64,000 nt of DNA. Origin: Gnetum montanum. Taxonomy: Eukaryota > Plantae > Gnetophyta. Position numbers and translations under genes: made by a program. Under the pieces are notes generated by a model. The model did no database searches. It saw only the letters and a program-made list of their open reading frames with translations, and was not told the DNA's origin. Below, piece by piece: positions 39,208 through 53,034 of the stretch (within the stretch, counting starts at the first letter, position 1; every line of letters begins with the position of its first letter). Where the stretch lies: positions 124,001 through 188,000 of the forward strand of contig MNCI01001925.1 in the NCBI GenBank assembly GCA_015680685.1. The letters are read 5' to 3'.

Positions 39208-40425
39208 TGATGACCTTTTGGTATGTCAAAACCTTAAGAAAAATGAAGAACATAGAATGTTTTGTGAAATATGATATAGGGAATGAAATAGATCTCAAGA
39301 GATGAGATGACATCTACAAAGTGATATCAAAGTGGAGATAATAAGGACTTGTCAAACATGAATGAAGACTCAAGGAATGAGATCTATAAAAACATGTCCA
39401 AGTGAGGACTATAAGGACTCAAGAGAGCTTGAACAAGGACTTCATTAGAATAGTGTGAACAAGGGTAAAGAAGAAGACTATAGAAAAATCAAGATGCTCC
39501 AAGAGTTCAAATCAATGAGAGAGCTTCAAGAAGAAAAATTCAAAAGATTAGAAGATGTCTCCTAGAAGTAGCAAATGTCTTGGTTGAAGTAGTGAAATTC
39601 CAAAGAAGACATCTCCTAAACATAGGAGACATCTCATTTCAAGAGAAGATGTCTCCATGAAGATGTTTCCCATGAAGAAGGGATGTCTCCCCTAAATGAA
39701 AGTCTAATGCAAAGAGACATTCCAATTTCAAAAAAAGACATCTTCACTAGCCATTAGATAGCTGTTGCATAAATTCTAAGGTGATTTCAAAAACTTCAAG
39801 GTTATAATAAGACTTCATTCTCTTTGAAATTGTGCAAGTTTCCAAACAAGTATCAACATCAAGTAATCATTGTGTACACTATTGTATTGTATTTTTGTAC
39901 CTCATTATCCTATATTTTGTATTGTTATAGTGATCTTATTGTATTGTGCCTCAAAGTACAAGGACCAGCAAATCAATTGCATCCTTTTGTTGTAATCTTT
40001 TTTTCTCTTTCTTATTGCCCTAGGAGGGTTGATGTGCTTCTTGCAAGAAGGCATCATCATTAAGCTTGTTGGGACCTAGCTAGGTTGAGTGGTTGGTGCA
40101 ATGTTACAACACTCTAAAGTAGATCTCAATTTGTAAAGGTTGTGGGATCTTGGAAACCACATTCTAAGTTTGTCAAGACCTTACAAGGTTGAGTGGATTC
40201 ACAATGACAAATTTCTCTAAAGTGATGCTTAGATCTGTAGAGGATATGGTATCCTTCAAACTACATTTTGAGAGAAACAAACTCCAAATATATGCAAACA
40301 ATCTGCCCTCCAAGTGTGAAGTATCAAAGTTGAAGAACCACATAAAATTAGTATGTGCTTTATGTTGATGAATTTTTGTTTTGGGGAACTTATTCATTCT
40401 CCCCTTCTATGTTCAAAAATCCTCA
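39208..40425 (+). repeat. 3' LTR of the Copia element (1218 bp)
   Basis: Follows the PPT, colinear with 14530-15749, followed by TSD ATATT. Confidence 0.92.
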
Positions 40426-41016
40426 ATATTCTCATTCAACTTAGTGTAAATTTACAAGTTACCAAACCTAATTTCTTTCTATTAAAGCAATTTCTTCTTC
40501 TACAACTTTTCTTAACTTCTAATGTTTAATAGCTTTATCAAAAGTTATAAGATTTTGTTTAATAAATAAAGAAAAATGTGAATTTCTATTTAAAGCTATA
40601 TTTTTATAATTTTTATAAATATTTTCCAAACTCATTATCCTTTGTCTTAATATTAGTAAAGAAGAGGAAAATAAATTGATGATGCTTGAAATTATAGAAT
40701 TATGGCTAATGGTTTTAGTATCCTCCACATCTTTAGACAATGTTGAAATTTGCGCTTTATAGGTAAAAAGGAAATAAATTCATTAAGGAAACATAAAATT
40801 AATTAGAAATGATAAAACATGAATAGTATATAATTGATAAATCCATAATTATGACAATATGGAACTACATAATACATATCAGGCCATAGAAATGCCTGCA
40901 TAAATGGATAAAACATATAAAGAAGAGAAACAACTTAAGTAAAATGACAATCATAAACTTAGATACCAAATACAACCAATAACATATAAACTATAAGGTA
41001 ATATCACTATGTTAAG

Positions 41017-41882
41017 TGATGAACAGTTGGGTATTCCAATACTCAACCATACAAGTTAGAAGTGTTCACGTGTTACCAAATCATCATCCATGAATGGAAA
41101 ATGTAAGTATACTAGTAAGTTGATCATAAGTTCATGATCATTGTCTTCCTAGTTAGAGTTAGCAAGGTGAAAAACATATGGCTTAACTCTTAGTGAGGTA
41201 TTTGATGAATTGACGTTGTTTGAATTTTAATATGCTAAGTATAAACATGATGAATAATATTATAAATTCTAATTTTAAGTATAATGAAAATGTAAATATA
41301 TTCTATTCTATGGAAATAAGTATTTATTCCTAGTTTTTGTACATTTCTTAGGTTGATGTAACTATTACTGGGATTACCAAGTAACTTCACTGCTAAGTTA
41401 ATGAAGCAAAGTCACCATTGGGTTACTAAATAATTACAGTTTACACTTGAAACCAGATATACTTATTCCACCTTACTAATAAGCATTGAAATTATAAATG
41501 ACTTAATAAATGTAAATTACATAGTAAAAGTAAATTTTATGGAAAAGTAAATCAATTCTAAGTGATATGCTACAATGATGAAGAACAATATCAATCTTTA
41601 TTATCCTTCATGAATTATGTCCAAAAACAATTCACTTGAATAAAGATTTTATACAACTGTAATTCATCACACTACAGGCATTCACTCTAACTCTAACTTT
41701 AAGAAAATAAATTGTATGAATTTTTGCTAATTCTTAGGAAAAAAATTATTTTTGAGATAATGGTGGGCTAGTATTTATAAGCATGGCCATGGCCCACTAT
41801 ATCATATCTATGATTATGTATGCTAGGCTATGATATCACATCTATGATATCGTAGATAATCCATTAAAATTATGTTACATCA
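41017..41882 (-). mobile_element. Solo LTR of an Athila-like family (866 bp)
   Basis: TGATG...CATCA ends; TSD ttaag/ctaag. Left end is the reverse complement of the LTR 3' end seen at 9570-9608. TATA on minus at ~41772-41779. The flanks rejoin into sequence similar to 52770-52820. Confidence 0.82.
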
Positions 41883-42171
41883 CTAAGCTAAATGAATAAC
41901 CAAAATATTTTGAGATTTACAATATGTATTTGGATAAAACTAAAAATAATATTTATAACATTAAATACTAAAACTAGTCAAGTATGCGTACAACTATAGA
42001 CCAAGTATGTAGATGTTTTATATTATGCTCTATGTTAGAGATCACAAAATTAGCTACTTTTATTCTACAATTATGTATGAACACAAACTTATATCAACAA
42101 ACATGTCTTTGTATTACCTTAAATAACTTAGTTAATTTACTCATATAAAGTATGATACAATTATACATCTT

Positions 42172-45100
42172 TGATGAGACATGATATGTTCAGTAGCTTC
42201 ATTGATGCATCCCCATCAATGATGCCTGATCAATGCATATGTGTGGATGAAAATGTATAGATTCATTAATGGGCAATGCATCTTGGATGCATTGACACAA
42301 CCCCATCAATGCATCCCTATCAATGCATCCTTATCGATGCATCCCCATTGACGTAACTAAATGTGTTAACACATATTCATCGATGTAATGCCTATATTTT
42401 CCATAAATATGTGAGCATCCACCTATATTTGGAACCTTTTGGTCATTCTAGTAGCTAGACTCTTGTAATTTTATTTCGTGATCTTAGAAAACAATTAGTG
42501 AGTGCTTATAGTGTGAATTTGAATTAGTTGCACAGTGTCTTATTCAAGTGGCATTGTACTTAGACACATTCCATGAATAATAATAAGATCAAGATTGATT
42601 CATATTCATTGCAGCACTTTGACTTAGAATAGATTTACTTTCAATGCAATTTACTTTTCATGTAGTTAGTTAATATTTGCATTTCCATGAACATTAATCA
42701 ATTGGTGAAATAAACATGACCAGCTTTAAGTATAAACATGTATTGGCTTGGTAATCCTAGTAGCATTATTGCTTGGTTTTCCTAGTAGCATTATTGCTTG
42801 GTTTGCCTAGTAGCATAACACTTGGTAATCCTAGTAGTTGATATATGAGTTTAGGATGTGTATGGTAAGCAGAAATAGACACTCATCACCCTTTAGCTAG
42901 TTTAAAATCTATCTTCTTATTATTAATTAAATTAATTAATTAATTTCTATGTTATTGTTAAGGTTAGTTTAAGGCCCCAACAACATCATAATCATATGCA
43001 TCACTTTGGACTAAACCATACTTGATAAAACTACCATTATTCCAAGTGAGAAGAAAATGACCTATGATCAATGCTTAACAATCTAGATACCACACTAGTC
43101 CCATCCATGGTATTCGATCAAATTGCACATGAATGCTTATCATTTATATAGTTGGATGTAGGGACTACCAATGCTCATGATTGATGCCATTGCTAGGGAT
43201 GGTGCTAGTTATCTAGATTAGTTATATTATAAATGATCATTGTAAAATTATTAATGATTTATCATTTTGAAAATATTAATATTCTAAGTCACACACATTC
43301 TTAAATAAAAACATGTCTTCTTCACATAGGACCAATAATGCATCACATGATGAGAACACTAATAGGATAAATGGTAAGTTCTATATGGAATAAAATATGA
43401 GTGAATCACTAAACACAAGGGTCTCATATGCTCATTTAGACCCTTACTACATTCAAAGACTTCATTTAACTGATGCAGAAAATCCTACAGGGGATGGAAC
43501 AAGTCCTAGAACAAGGAGGACCTCAGAGCCTACAACCTCCTCCAAACCTAGAAGAGATAAATCAAGGAACCATGAGGTGAGATATAGAAGCCATGGCAAT
43601 TCTCCCAATTTATCATCTTTCTCTTCCTCTTCAATATTTAGTTCTAATGAAGATTAACATAGGTATAGAGATAAATATTCAATAAGGATTCAAGATGAAG
43701 ATAGAAATAGAATGAAAAGGCAAGATGTAAGACATCAAAGTAAGCATAGATGAGATCATCACTATCAAATAAATAGAAATAGGGATTATCACCATGACAT
43801 GTTTGATGAAGATGAACCCTTGTTGGCTACTAGGAGCATGATACAAATTAGGGAGGCAATTCAAATACCTCATGGGAATTAAAGGAATAGCTGCATCAAA
43901 TAGCTTAATATGAATAACATTCCTAAATTTAAGGGAGATTATAATTCTCATCTTGTACATCATTTACATGTCTTCCATGATGTCTGTTCCTTACAAAACA
44001 TTGAAAGAAGATGGAAAAAGCTTAAGCTTTTCCCTAGGACACTAATAGAAGAAGCTAAAAGTTGGTATAGATTTTTGGAACCAAATTCAATCCAGCAGTG
44101 GTTCATAATGCTTGAGCTCTTCAACAAAAAATACCAAACCTATGAGAGAGTGAACAATTTAAGAAAATAAATCCAAGATGGAAGTAAGAAAATCATGAAT
44201 TCTTAGATGTAGCCTTGAAAAGATACTATTCTCTACTACATAGATGTCTAATCCTTGGTCTTTCTCAAAAAGAGTAGCTTCTCCACATCATATATGGGCT
44301 TCCTAATAAAATAAGAAAGACCCTTGGGATTTATGCCCATGGACAATTATTTAAATTAAGAACCCATCAAATACAAAGGCTAGGTGAACAAGTGGCAAAA
44401 GAAGAGGGAGAGCTATGTCAAAGAGAGAGTGTAGAGGAATATAGCTTGGATTGAACTCTTCATAAAAAATAGGTTCATATTTATGATTAGAAAAAAGAGG
44501 TAGCTCTTGATGAGTTGATTTCAAAAAAAACCTTGCCAATACTATGTTCAAAAACCTTATTTCTCCAAATGGTCCTACTTCCTCTACCTCAAATCACTAC
44601 TACTACTCTCCTGAATACCATTAACCCACAACATCTCCTATGGGATCACCATCTCACACCTCTTATCATTCATCACATCCTCAATACTCTCATACTTCCA
44701 TTCAACATATGCCACCACAAATAATGTAGAAAGGGTTGGCATCATAGTCTCAATAGAAAAATGCCACTTATGTCATGAACATACAAGTGAATGATAATGT
44801 TAGTAGATCTCAGCAAAAGTCTCAAAAATGTCCTTCCTTTAGGATAGTTTACACACATGTAAATAAAACTAGTAGGCCTACTAGATTATCAAAACTAGCA
44901 CAAGGATAATCTAATGCAATACCCTTCCTCAAAAAAACATTGTCTCCTAATCCTACACAAGAGTCAATAACCATTACCACTTCAACACAAAACATAAAAG
45001 ATGAACCTATCACTATGGAGAGATGGAAAATTCTATGCATTACTAATAATGAAAAGGATGTAGTTGTGGGCAAAAATTTTAAAGTATTAACACAATCCTT

Positions 45101-48100
45101 ATACCAACCCACAACAAAGTTAAGGAATAAGTGTGTAAACCCAAAACCAAGTCTACATAGTAGCCACTAAACCAAAAGACACCTAGTGGCTCAAAAATGA
45201 GAATAAAAAATCTTTTAAAAGATGTATGAAAACATCCAACTCACTTATTAGTTCTTGTCCTAAGAAAATGAACCAAACATAGAACTTAGAGAAGAACATC
45301 TTACACTCTCACTATACACCAAAATAAGATGTTAAAAAAGGAGACACAAGAACTAAAATAGAAAATAAATAATAAAACATGTTTGGACACATTAAAAAGA
45401 AAACACCTTCTAGTCTAGCTAAAGATATATCTCCAAATGATTGAAATGTGATTATCATCAATGTTAAATATGTTATCAAGCAAAAATAGAAATCCTTAAA
45501 GATGATAAATGGAAAACTTATGGTGTATAACCAAGGGAATGTATAGTCCATTTTCCGAATGCTTGCCCATGAGTTTAGTCATGGGGGAGATGCCCCATCT
45601 TGAATCAAGAACTAATAAGTGTATTTTTAATTTTTGGTTTTACAATTTTTTATCATTTTTCTTTTTCTTCAAAAATTTTCCAATTCTTAATATGTTTTCC
45701 ATTTCTATTTTTTTTCATAATTTTCTCTTTTCTTGAGTAATTTTATTTATGTTTTAGGAATCTCTACTATGTTTTTGTTAATAATATTGATATTCATGTT
45801 GCAAACATCAACACCATGTGTTGTGTCTTTGTCCTATGCTATCAAGTCGATTAGGTAAATAATTGTATAATGTAGTGAGATCACATCATCCATCCCTCTA
45901 ATTTTTTTAAATAATAGGTCTTTATCATGAAAGCAGTATGGTTCTTCTCATATAAAAGTAAAATTAATTCATGATCATTGTGCCTAAAGGAAAGGAGAAA
46001 AGAACAAGTGGGAATTGAAAAGGGTTTGACATCAAGGGGATTTATTGGGTTCTCTTCCTAACTTTCTTCTTGTGGTCTATGACTTCTCATGGAATGTGTC
46101 ATCACTCCTATCATTGACCAATAACAAGAAGCATGATTTCGCATGGTATGGTTTCCATAAAAAAAAAAAAGCAATGGGAACTCAAAGTACATACCTTAGA
46201 CATAATAATGGGCCACAAGCATTAGTTATGGGGCTAGAATGACATGTTACCCATGCCTAAAGGCACCCCTCTAACTAAGGCCCTTCCTTCCTTCCTTCTT
46301 CTCCTTTCTTCTTATTTTGAAGTAATATTTGTTCTCTATGGTGGTTATGGACTCATTGTAATGTCTTGTCCCTTGTTAAGGGTGGAACTGTGTTGTAACA
46401 ATGTAATTAACCTTCAAAAAAAGGGATGCCTCAGTATGAGGAATTATAATTATTCATGTACCTATGAGGAATGGGTTTGACCTATGCCATTTAAGGCCAG
46501 GTTTAGAGGTCATGCTAGCATGGAGTTACGGAGCCTAAATTAGCAAGTGATGGAAGGTCGGTAATGTGGGACAAGAAGGGACTAATCACCTCTTTAGCTA
46601 GAAAGCCTAACCATGGTGCTAGTGCCAAATTGCCTCTAAATCGTAAACGGCATGGGAAGATAACCCAGAGGACATTACAGTATACCACTCTCATTAATAA
46701 AATTTTTTCCTGTATTTTTCCTTCATGTTAAATTTAATGCACCAATAATTTACCAATTTATTCATTTATCAAGTTATTTCATGGTATTTCCATTATAATA
46801 CTCACAGATGCAATGAATTAAGTAATGAACGATCATGTTTTACAACATCTAGAAACGATATGTCATACTCTAATGGTAGATAGGAAGGAACACATTAATG
46901 CGAGGCCACTATTAATGGTATGGACTTGGTCTAAAACTTGGACGAATAGGTATGATGGTCATGTTAATCACAATTAACATAAGAACCTATTGTAGACATG
47001 GTTAAGTACCTTACATTCCAATCTCTATAATCCCTTCTCATTCCATTATTCACCTTACTACTACATGCAATTATGAGCCTAATGATTTTGTATAGTATAG
47101 TGTAGGATTCTAACCAAGGTATTTATATGTTTTTTGGAACAATGGCATGATCTAAATTTAACTTCTAAGATGACCAAAGACACCTATAGAAGTGGTTATG
47201 CAAGGGCATTATGACAAGAGCCTGCTTTGAGGAGGACCCACTTGTATAACTTTTGTTAATCATGGCTTTGAACCAAACCTCACATCTTCAAGAGCATCAT
47301 TGACTACTTCTCTAAATTTATGGATGATTCTACAATCAACTTCTCATCAATTTCAAGTTATCTTTAATGATATTATATCAAAATTTCCTCTAAATTCAAA
47401 ATTTCTTAACCATCTTGTGAACCAAACCTTTGGTTTTAATTGTCTGAAAACATGTATGCTTTCAAAGTTAAGCTCATTTATTTTCCAAAGGTTAAGAATG
47501 TACTTTTGAAGTTTTTCTAACTCATTTTTGAAAATTATGATAACTAATAGTGAAAATAATCAAAATAACTTGAACAACTTGATAATTTTAGTTACCTTAG
47601 AGCCTTGGGAAACATTATTATGAAATCATCTAGAGCTTACATGCTAAAAGTTTTTTGAATTTTGAGTTAACTAAGGATTTAAAAAGGGTTAATCATTAAT
47701 GAAAAATTATCAAAACTAATGTTGATTCTTTGGTGATTTCAAATGATGCTAAATGGAATCCCTGATGTTGAAGGTCTTATACAAAGCAAAGGAAATGAAG
47801 CCAAGAAGAGAATAATAGAGGATATGCCCATGGACAAATAGTAGCAAATACAAGGATTAAAGCTCAAACATCACTTGATTGCTAGACCCATGGGATGATG
47901 AGGAGAAATTTTAGTCCACCCCTTAAAAATGTTCTGCATAGAAGAGAAGCATCAACATAACAATCAAGGTTGGAAAGTATGCCACCACTAGCGACAACAA
48001 GAAGATTCATCTTCAATGGTTTGAAGACCTCTACAATTTTGCAAACTTTGATGTTTTTCCAATCTTTTCATCATTTCATGATACATCCACTTGAATAAAA

Positions 48101-49249
48101 TTTTGCAACATGGCACTATAATTTTGGAATGGTAGCCAATCTAGTCTTGATCACCCCATAATTTTTGTAATGAAACTTTATCCATTTATATATAACTCAA
48201 GGATGAGTTTTTAGTAAGTCATGGAAAAATGATGAGACATGATATCTCAGGAAACTTCATCGATGCATCCCCATTGATGAAGCCTCATCAACACATCTTA
48301 AATGTGTCAATGTATATGTGTGGATGAAAACACATAGATGCATTACTTGGTAACGCATCTTAGATGCATTGACGCAACCCTGTCGATGCATCCTGTTGAT
48401 GCATCCTCATTAACACATCCTTGTCGATGCATCCCTATCAAAATAGCTAAATGTGTTAATGCATCACCATTAATGCAATGCCTATATTTGCCTATAAATA
48501 TGCGAGCACTCATCACGTATTTGGCACCTTTTGGTCATTCTAGTAACTAGACTCTTGTAGTTTTATTTTGTGATCTCAGAAAATAGTTAATGAGTGCCCA
48601 TAATGTGAATTTGAGTCAGTTGCATAGCATCTTATTCAAGTGGCATTGTACCTGGACACATTCCATGAACGACAATAAGATCAAGATTGATTCATATTCA
48701 TTACAGCACTTTAACTTAGAATAGATTTACTTTCAATGCAATATAATTTTCATGTACTTAGTTAATATTTACATTTCCATGCACATTAATCAATTGGTGG
48801 AATGAGCATCACTAGTTCTAAGCATAAACACATATTCTCTTTGTAATTCAAGCAACGTTATTGCTTGGTTCACCTAGTAGCATAATAGTTGGTAATCCCA
48901 ATAATGGGTACATGACCTCAAGACGTGTATAGCAAGCTAGGAGTGGACACTCATTACCCTTAGGCTATTTTGAAATTTATCTTCTTGTTATTAATTAGAT
49001 TAAATAATTAATTTCTATGTTATTGTTACGGTTAGTTTAAGTCCCTAACAACATCATAATCATATGCCTCACTTTGGACTAAACCATACATGAAAAAACT
49101 ACGACTAGTCCAAGTGAGAAGACAACAACCAAAGATCAATGCTTAACAATCTAGATACCACACTAGTCTCATCCACAAAATTTGACTAGATTACATGTGA
49201 ATGCTTGTGATTCATATGGTTGGGCATAGAGACTATTCATTACTCATCA
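42172..49249 (+). mobile_element. Non-autonomous Athila-like gypsy element (gag only, no pol), 7.1 kb
   Basis: LTRs 42172-43180 and 48230-49249; TSD atctt/atctc; gag NIPKFKGD...LFPRTLIEEAKSWY (43910-44170); no RT, RH or INT motifs seen. Confidence 0.9.
43182..43199 (+). promoter_or_regulatory. Degenerate tRNA-Asp PBS (Athila type)
   Basis: tgatgccattgctaggga versus TGGCGCCGTTGCCGGGGA; all differences are C>T or G>A. Confidence 0.8.
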
Positions 49250-49552
49250 ATCTCTAACTAAAACTATACATATTAAGATTGAAATGATAACAATTCTAAA
49301 AACTCCTTATCAAATCCAATATGGGTACAACTTCTAAAATATACTATACTAAATATGTAATTAGTACTTCCAAACATGACTAACATGCTCTTTAACATTT
49401 CACAACTTTTTGAATATACTATACTTAATAATAAGAAAATATATTATTACCTTCATGATTGAAATGAAAGATTTAATAGTTTCTTTTAGTAGGATTCTAT
49501 AATTAAATTCCATTTTATATATAAATTAAACCATGAATCATAAAAATAATGA

Positions 49553-49740
49553 GGTGTTAGCAAAGTGATATGGTTCTTGGCCCAATAACCTTAGGTCATG
49601 AGTTCAACTCTGCTAGATGGCATTGAGTTAAAAACTTCTATAAAATCTTAGGATGTACCTATGTTTCACTTATTTTGGGTTCTAACACCCATAAAAATAA
49701 CATTTCTTCCAGAAATAAAGGTTGTATATTTTAACAAGAT
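49553..49740 (+). mobile_element. Possible tRNA-derived SINE remnant
   Basis: A-box-like tagcaaagtga (49558-49568) and B-box-like gagttcaactc (49600-49610) at tRNA spacing, with aataacc..aggtc between them. The 3' boundary is a guess. Confidence 0.4.
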
Positions 49741-52499
49741 TTTAAATTACTTTTAAGACAATTTCTATATATGCTACTTACTATACAACCTTGGTATATA
49801 TCTCCATGGTTATATATTTCCTAAAATGGTAAAAGAAAAACCATAGTAAAAATAATTATTTATGGGGCATATTCTCAAGAGGTTTATATGAACAAAAACT
49901 CTAAAAAAAAAACAATCTATCTTTTTAAACGAATCAAACAAAATGTAAAAGTCATAAATCTTGTCATACTATCACAAAAAACTTTTACGTATCTACAAGT
50001 TTAAACTAAGAAGATAATTTAAAGTTTTTCAATTTGACTATCTCAAAAATCATTAGATCATCTTTCATTCATTCAACTTTTGCAGAATTTGAAGAAGCTA
50101 TAGAACTACTTGATTGAACAGCAGTGGTGGTTAAGACTATAGGAGTCTAAGAGACTAGGATTTTGATTATAACAACAAGGGCTTTAGACTTATAGTGATT
50201 ATACACTCAAACAAAAATTTAAAAATGGATAAAGAAGGATTTAAAATGTACAAATATTTTGAACCATGTTAAGAAGATTTTCAACATAATCACCAACTAT
50301 GAAAAAATATTTGAATGATTATGTAGATTTTACTTGCATCAAATTTCTTCTTAAAAACCTTTAGTTTGATTTTTAACTCATCCTTCTTCTTGAGCACCTT
50401 ATCTTTAGTCTTATAGTTGATGTTGAAGTTGCATTTAACAATTGATCACTACCGCAAAGCATGATCTATTTCAACTTCAAGTTTAGTTTGAATATATGTA
50501 ATCTGCAACCTCTAGCTTCTTCTTCCTTTCCTCCAATAACCACAATTGCACAATGTCAACTATTGTGGGTGCTACCTAAATTTTCAATAACAAAAGCTTG
50601 TTTTATCTTTTCTTAGCTTAATTTAAAAGTTTTAAGGTTATGAACTTGAAGGCATCAAACTCGGCCCCTATTTTGCTATTACCACTAGAACTACTAGCTT
50701 CCATCTCCGAGATTCTTTTGTTCAAATCATCCACCTATGATAATGTATCTTGCTAGACTAATTGTAACTTATTAAGGTATTCTTTTGCTTTTATTCTATG
50801 CATATAACATATAACCACGTGATAAAAGGTAGATGTTAATGCAAGAAGTACCTTGTTATGAGAAGAGACAATAGTTATTGTAGTGCTATATTGTTGAGTA
50901 TCTTGTACTACTCTCTTGAAAACTTTGGACTCCAAGAGATCAACATTGAGTTCTAAGATATCTATCCAGGCTTCAAGAGTATAAACATACTCATTTAGAA
51001 TACTTTTTTTAATCATGGCCTCAAAGATTCCCAAGGTTTATTTATAATCTAGAAATTTATTTTTAGGAGTACAATGATACATGATCCTAATGATCCTCGG
51101 TAGATCTAGAAACATCCTTATCTCAAATATATAGCCATGTTGATTTAGGAACCATCATAGTTCATCTTGTTTCCTTTACTTCATTTATGTCCTTTGTCTT
51201 TAAACTCTTAACCATAATTGTATACAAATTATCTAGATTAAATTGGTCATGGACTCTTATTATATCTTTGACTATATCAAACTCAACACATTGACATGAC
51301 ATATATATATGTAGCTAGGAATGGAAAAAATGAAATATTTTGAATAAAAGCTTGACCTAATTTGAGTGTTTATTTATTGCTTCAAAATCTTGAACTAGTT
51401 AATTGGCTACCTAAGATGAACTTTAGCATGCAAAATAGTCACACATGATAGTTTCTATCCACTTTCCTATTCATGATTATCAATTGCGTTGATATTAGAT
51501 CAATCATTGTTGCTCATGATTCTTGTAATCAAGAGATAAGAAAGTGATCATTTATCTTGTCTGCTTTAGTAAAACTGATGATGCCCTTGAACATATCTAG
51601 CAAGTCTATATTATTTATAACAACCATCTCAAACATACCATCCATTATCTAGGTTTAAAAAAAACCACAAAAACTTATCTAAAAGTTTAAGAAAACATTA
51701 AGAATTGTGACGCTTATATAAAAACTAGCCCTTACTATACAAGTAAATAGCTAGTCTAACTACCTTGATATTGATCTTTAGGGACTAAAAAGTAATAAAA
51801 GAAAATCTAACTTTAGAAATTCTTTTGGTAGCTCATGTAAAAGGTGACCTCTTAATTCAAGATTATAGTTATGAAATGTAACTATGAAATTAGGTGCCAC
51901 ATATTTTTTTGAATTTCCTTCTCCTCAAGTTTATTATGAGATTAAAGATAGTTTTATAAAACCATCACTATGACAAGAGGTTCCTACCCATGCTGAAACT
52001 TTGAGGAGCCTTTGCCTAACTTTTCATCTAGGACTACTTCTTTGGCACCATAATCTAATAAATTTGGATAAATCATTGTGACTATTAACTTGGTTACAAG
52101 AATTAATATATTTTCTCAAACCAAATAAGCTTATAAACAAATTATACCTATACCTATTTAAAAATAGTAAGTCACAACATTTAAAATCCCATGCTCAAAA
52201 TTAAGCTATGATGCCATAAACAGAGTTAAGCAAATTGCAATTCAAGTATTGTATTACATTGACCAAAACATTTGCAAAATAATAGCATAAAAGCAACTTT
52301 TCAAATCATATTCTCTTGCACAGTTGAAGGAATATTCTTCAAGGTACTTTAAGTGCTTTACTTTTTGCCAAATATATAGATGGATTTGTCAATTTTAGTA
52401 CAGTTAATAAATCCCATCTAAAATAAATGGTGTGATTTCAAATGTTATGGTTGCCTTATTAACTTAGCCTACCTTAACAAACAACTTACTATAATAGTA

Positions 52500-53034
52500 A
52501 GATAGAATTTAAGTTGCATAAGTAATAAGGAAATAAATTTATCTAGGAAATATAAAATTTGTTTCAAGATACTAATAAGAATAATAAGAATAAAATGGAA
52601 GAGAATTGACAAATCTATAGTTACCACAATTTGATGTTGCATAGCATATTTCAGGCCATATAAATGATTGTATAAATGTACAGAACATATAAATTAGATA
52701 AAAAAATTAAGTAAAATAACAACCATGAACTTAGGTATCAAACACAACTAATAACATACAAAACATAAAATAATATCATGATGATTAGTCAAACGAATAA
52801 CTGAAACATTTTGAGATATAAAAATGCTTTTACCTAAGCCTAAGAATAAGTTTTGTAACTTTAAATATTGAAATAGTCAAGTATGCATACAATTGCAAAC
52901 CAAGTACATAGATGGTGTATATTATTATGTATGTTAGAGACCACTAAATCAACCTCTTTTATCCTATAGTTATATATGAACACAAACATAGATCATTAAC
53001 CAAAACTATACATGTTAAGATTGATACTATTACA
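52500..53034. repeat. Old direct repeat of 40741-41016 + 41888-42090 + 49255-49292 (possible ancient LTR pair)
   Basis: Shared blocks aaggaaataaatt, tcaggccata.aaatg, aacttag.ta.caaa.acaac.aataacata, tagtcaagtatgc.tacaa, tatgttagaga, aaaactataca.ttaagattga. Confidence 0.6.

Larger units (their letters stand above)
14530..40425 (+). mobile_element. Non-autonomous SIRE-like Ty1/copia element (gag + extra ORF, no pol), about 6.8 kb once the nested Tat element is removed
   Basis: LTR pair with TG...CA ends; perfect TSD ATATT at 14525-14529 and 40426-40430; degenerate Met PBS; PPT agaaaaaaggacaaga (39191-39206). Confidence 0.92.

Noticed and set aside
49553-49622. Functional tRNA gene
   Set aside because: A and B boxes are degenerate and the cloverleaf stems do not pair; at most a SINE head.
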